This document shows, piece after piece, positions 63,168 to 64,000 of a stretch of DNA of 64,000 nt (positions within the stretch are counted from its first letter, which is position 1; each line of letters starts with the position of its first letter). The notes beneath the pieces were generated by a model. That model was not told where the DNA came from, made no database searches, and saw only the letters and a program-made list of their open reading frames with translations. The stretch is taken from IMG/VR virus record IMGVR_UViG_3300038468_000190, positions 1 to 64,000 of that record. One strand, 5' to 3'. The translations under genes were made by a program, and so were the position numbers. The DNA comes from a virus.

Positions 63168-64000
63168 AGATCGTTGCCGATGACGTCCGTCGCCTGAGTC
63201 TCGAGCCGCTCCGTCCCTTCGTCAGGGATAACCACGAGTTCTACGGGGCGCCGGGCAAGGAGCACTATGCCTTGCTCGCGTACCTGTCGACCCGCGTCAG
63301 CGGCCGGACGATCTTCGACATCGGCACGCACCGAGGCGATTCCGCGATGGCGCTGTCGCTGAATCGAGACAATCGGGTGATCTCGTTCGACCTCGTCGAC
63401 AAGGGAGTTCCGGAGATCCGGCGGCTTCGCGACAACGTGTGCTTTTGCCTCGCCGATCTCTGGGATCCCGCGGTTCGAGAGACATGGAAGAGCCCGCTCC
63501 TTTCGAGCGCGATCATCTCGATCGACATCGATCCGCACGAGGGGCGCCGAGAGCTCGAGTTCGTGGAGTGGCTCATGGCGGAGCAGTACGCAGGCATCGT
63601 CATCTTGGACGACATTTGGTACTTCAAGGACATGCGGGACCGGCTCTGGTCCCGGATCCATGGGGATTTGAAGTGCGACGTGACGCCCATAGGGCACTGG
63701 TCCGGGACGGGCCTCGTATCGCTCTACGAGCACGTGGAGTGCGACGCCGTGCCGAAGCGGCTCTATACCGGCAACTGGACGCTCGTCACGGGCTACTTCG
63801 ATCTCACGACCTTGCCGGACGCGACTCCGGAGATCCAGGCGCGCCCGCCGACTCATTATCTCGACGATCACGCGGGCGGCACGCTCGGCCTCGACCAGAA
63901 CCTCGTCATCTTCACGGAGCCGAAGTACGAACAGAAGATCTGGGACATGCGACCCCGGTGGCTCTGGCCGCGGACAGACGTCGTCGTGAGGTCCTTCGAC
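63164..64000 (+). CDS. Class I SAM methyltransferase fused to an HtrL/WlaTC-like glycosyltransferase, 3' end outside window
   Basis: Hand-translated: IFDIGTHRGDSA, VISFD, IDIDPH, ILDDI, GHWSGTG; then WTLVTGYFDL...NLVIFTE. Missed by the ORF track. Confidence 0.7.
   Translation, partial: MKIVADDVRRLSLEPLRPFVRDNHEFYGAPGKEHYALLAYLSTRVSGRTIFDIGTHRGDSAMALSLNRDNRVISFDLVDKGVPEIRRLRDNVCFCLADLWDPAVRETWKSPLLSSAIISIDIDPHEGRRELEFVEWLMAEQYAGIVILDDIWYFKDMRDRLWSRIHGDLKCDVTPIGHWSGTGLVSLYEHVECDAVPKRLYTGNWTLVTGYFDLTTLPDATPEIQARPPTHYLDDHAGGTLGLDQNLVIFTEPKYEQKIWDMRPRWLWPRTDVVVRSFD

Noticed and set aside
63050-63871. 273-aa minus-strand ORF
   Set aside because: Shadow of the plus-strand methyltransferase fusion that runs off the window.
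1-64000. tRNA/rRNA genes, integrase, att sites, reverse transcriptase/DGR
   Set aside because: None recognised by eye; prophage versus free phage cannot be decided from this window.

Overview
The whole window looks like a large piece of a high-GC bacteriophage genome with no host housekeeping genes. It has two divergent arms that meet at about 45.6-46.0 kb. Left arm (minus strand), read from the divergence point: an RHH repressor, a replication module (initiator with internal iterons, DnaC-like loader, DnaB), ThyX, DUF3310, Nudix and accessory genes, then a ~23 kb virion module. That module has no recognisable terminase, portal, HK97 capsid or tail genes. It contains three beta-rich candidate single-jelly-roll capsid/penton proteins, an 826-aa protamine-like Arg-rich protein, about 25 tail-anchored membrane proteins sharing a G-[LMVI]-G motif, three peptidoglycan-binding proteins, a transglutaminase-like Cys protease and a collagen-like fibre. 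I infer a large tailless, membrane-containing virus. A Myxococcota (Polyangiaceae-like) host is a weak inference from one lipoprotein. Right arm (plus strand): about 45 small, translationally coupled accessory genes. Between 58.4 and 61.7 kb almost every gene junction carries a conserved RTGAAGC(A)-initiated element, several of them hairpin-forming, resembling a gene-cassette array. All assignments are by eye from motifs; no searches were run. Many start codons were moved from the ORF track to the stop/start overlap.
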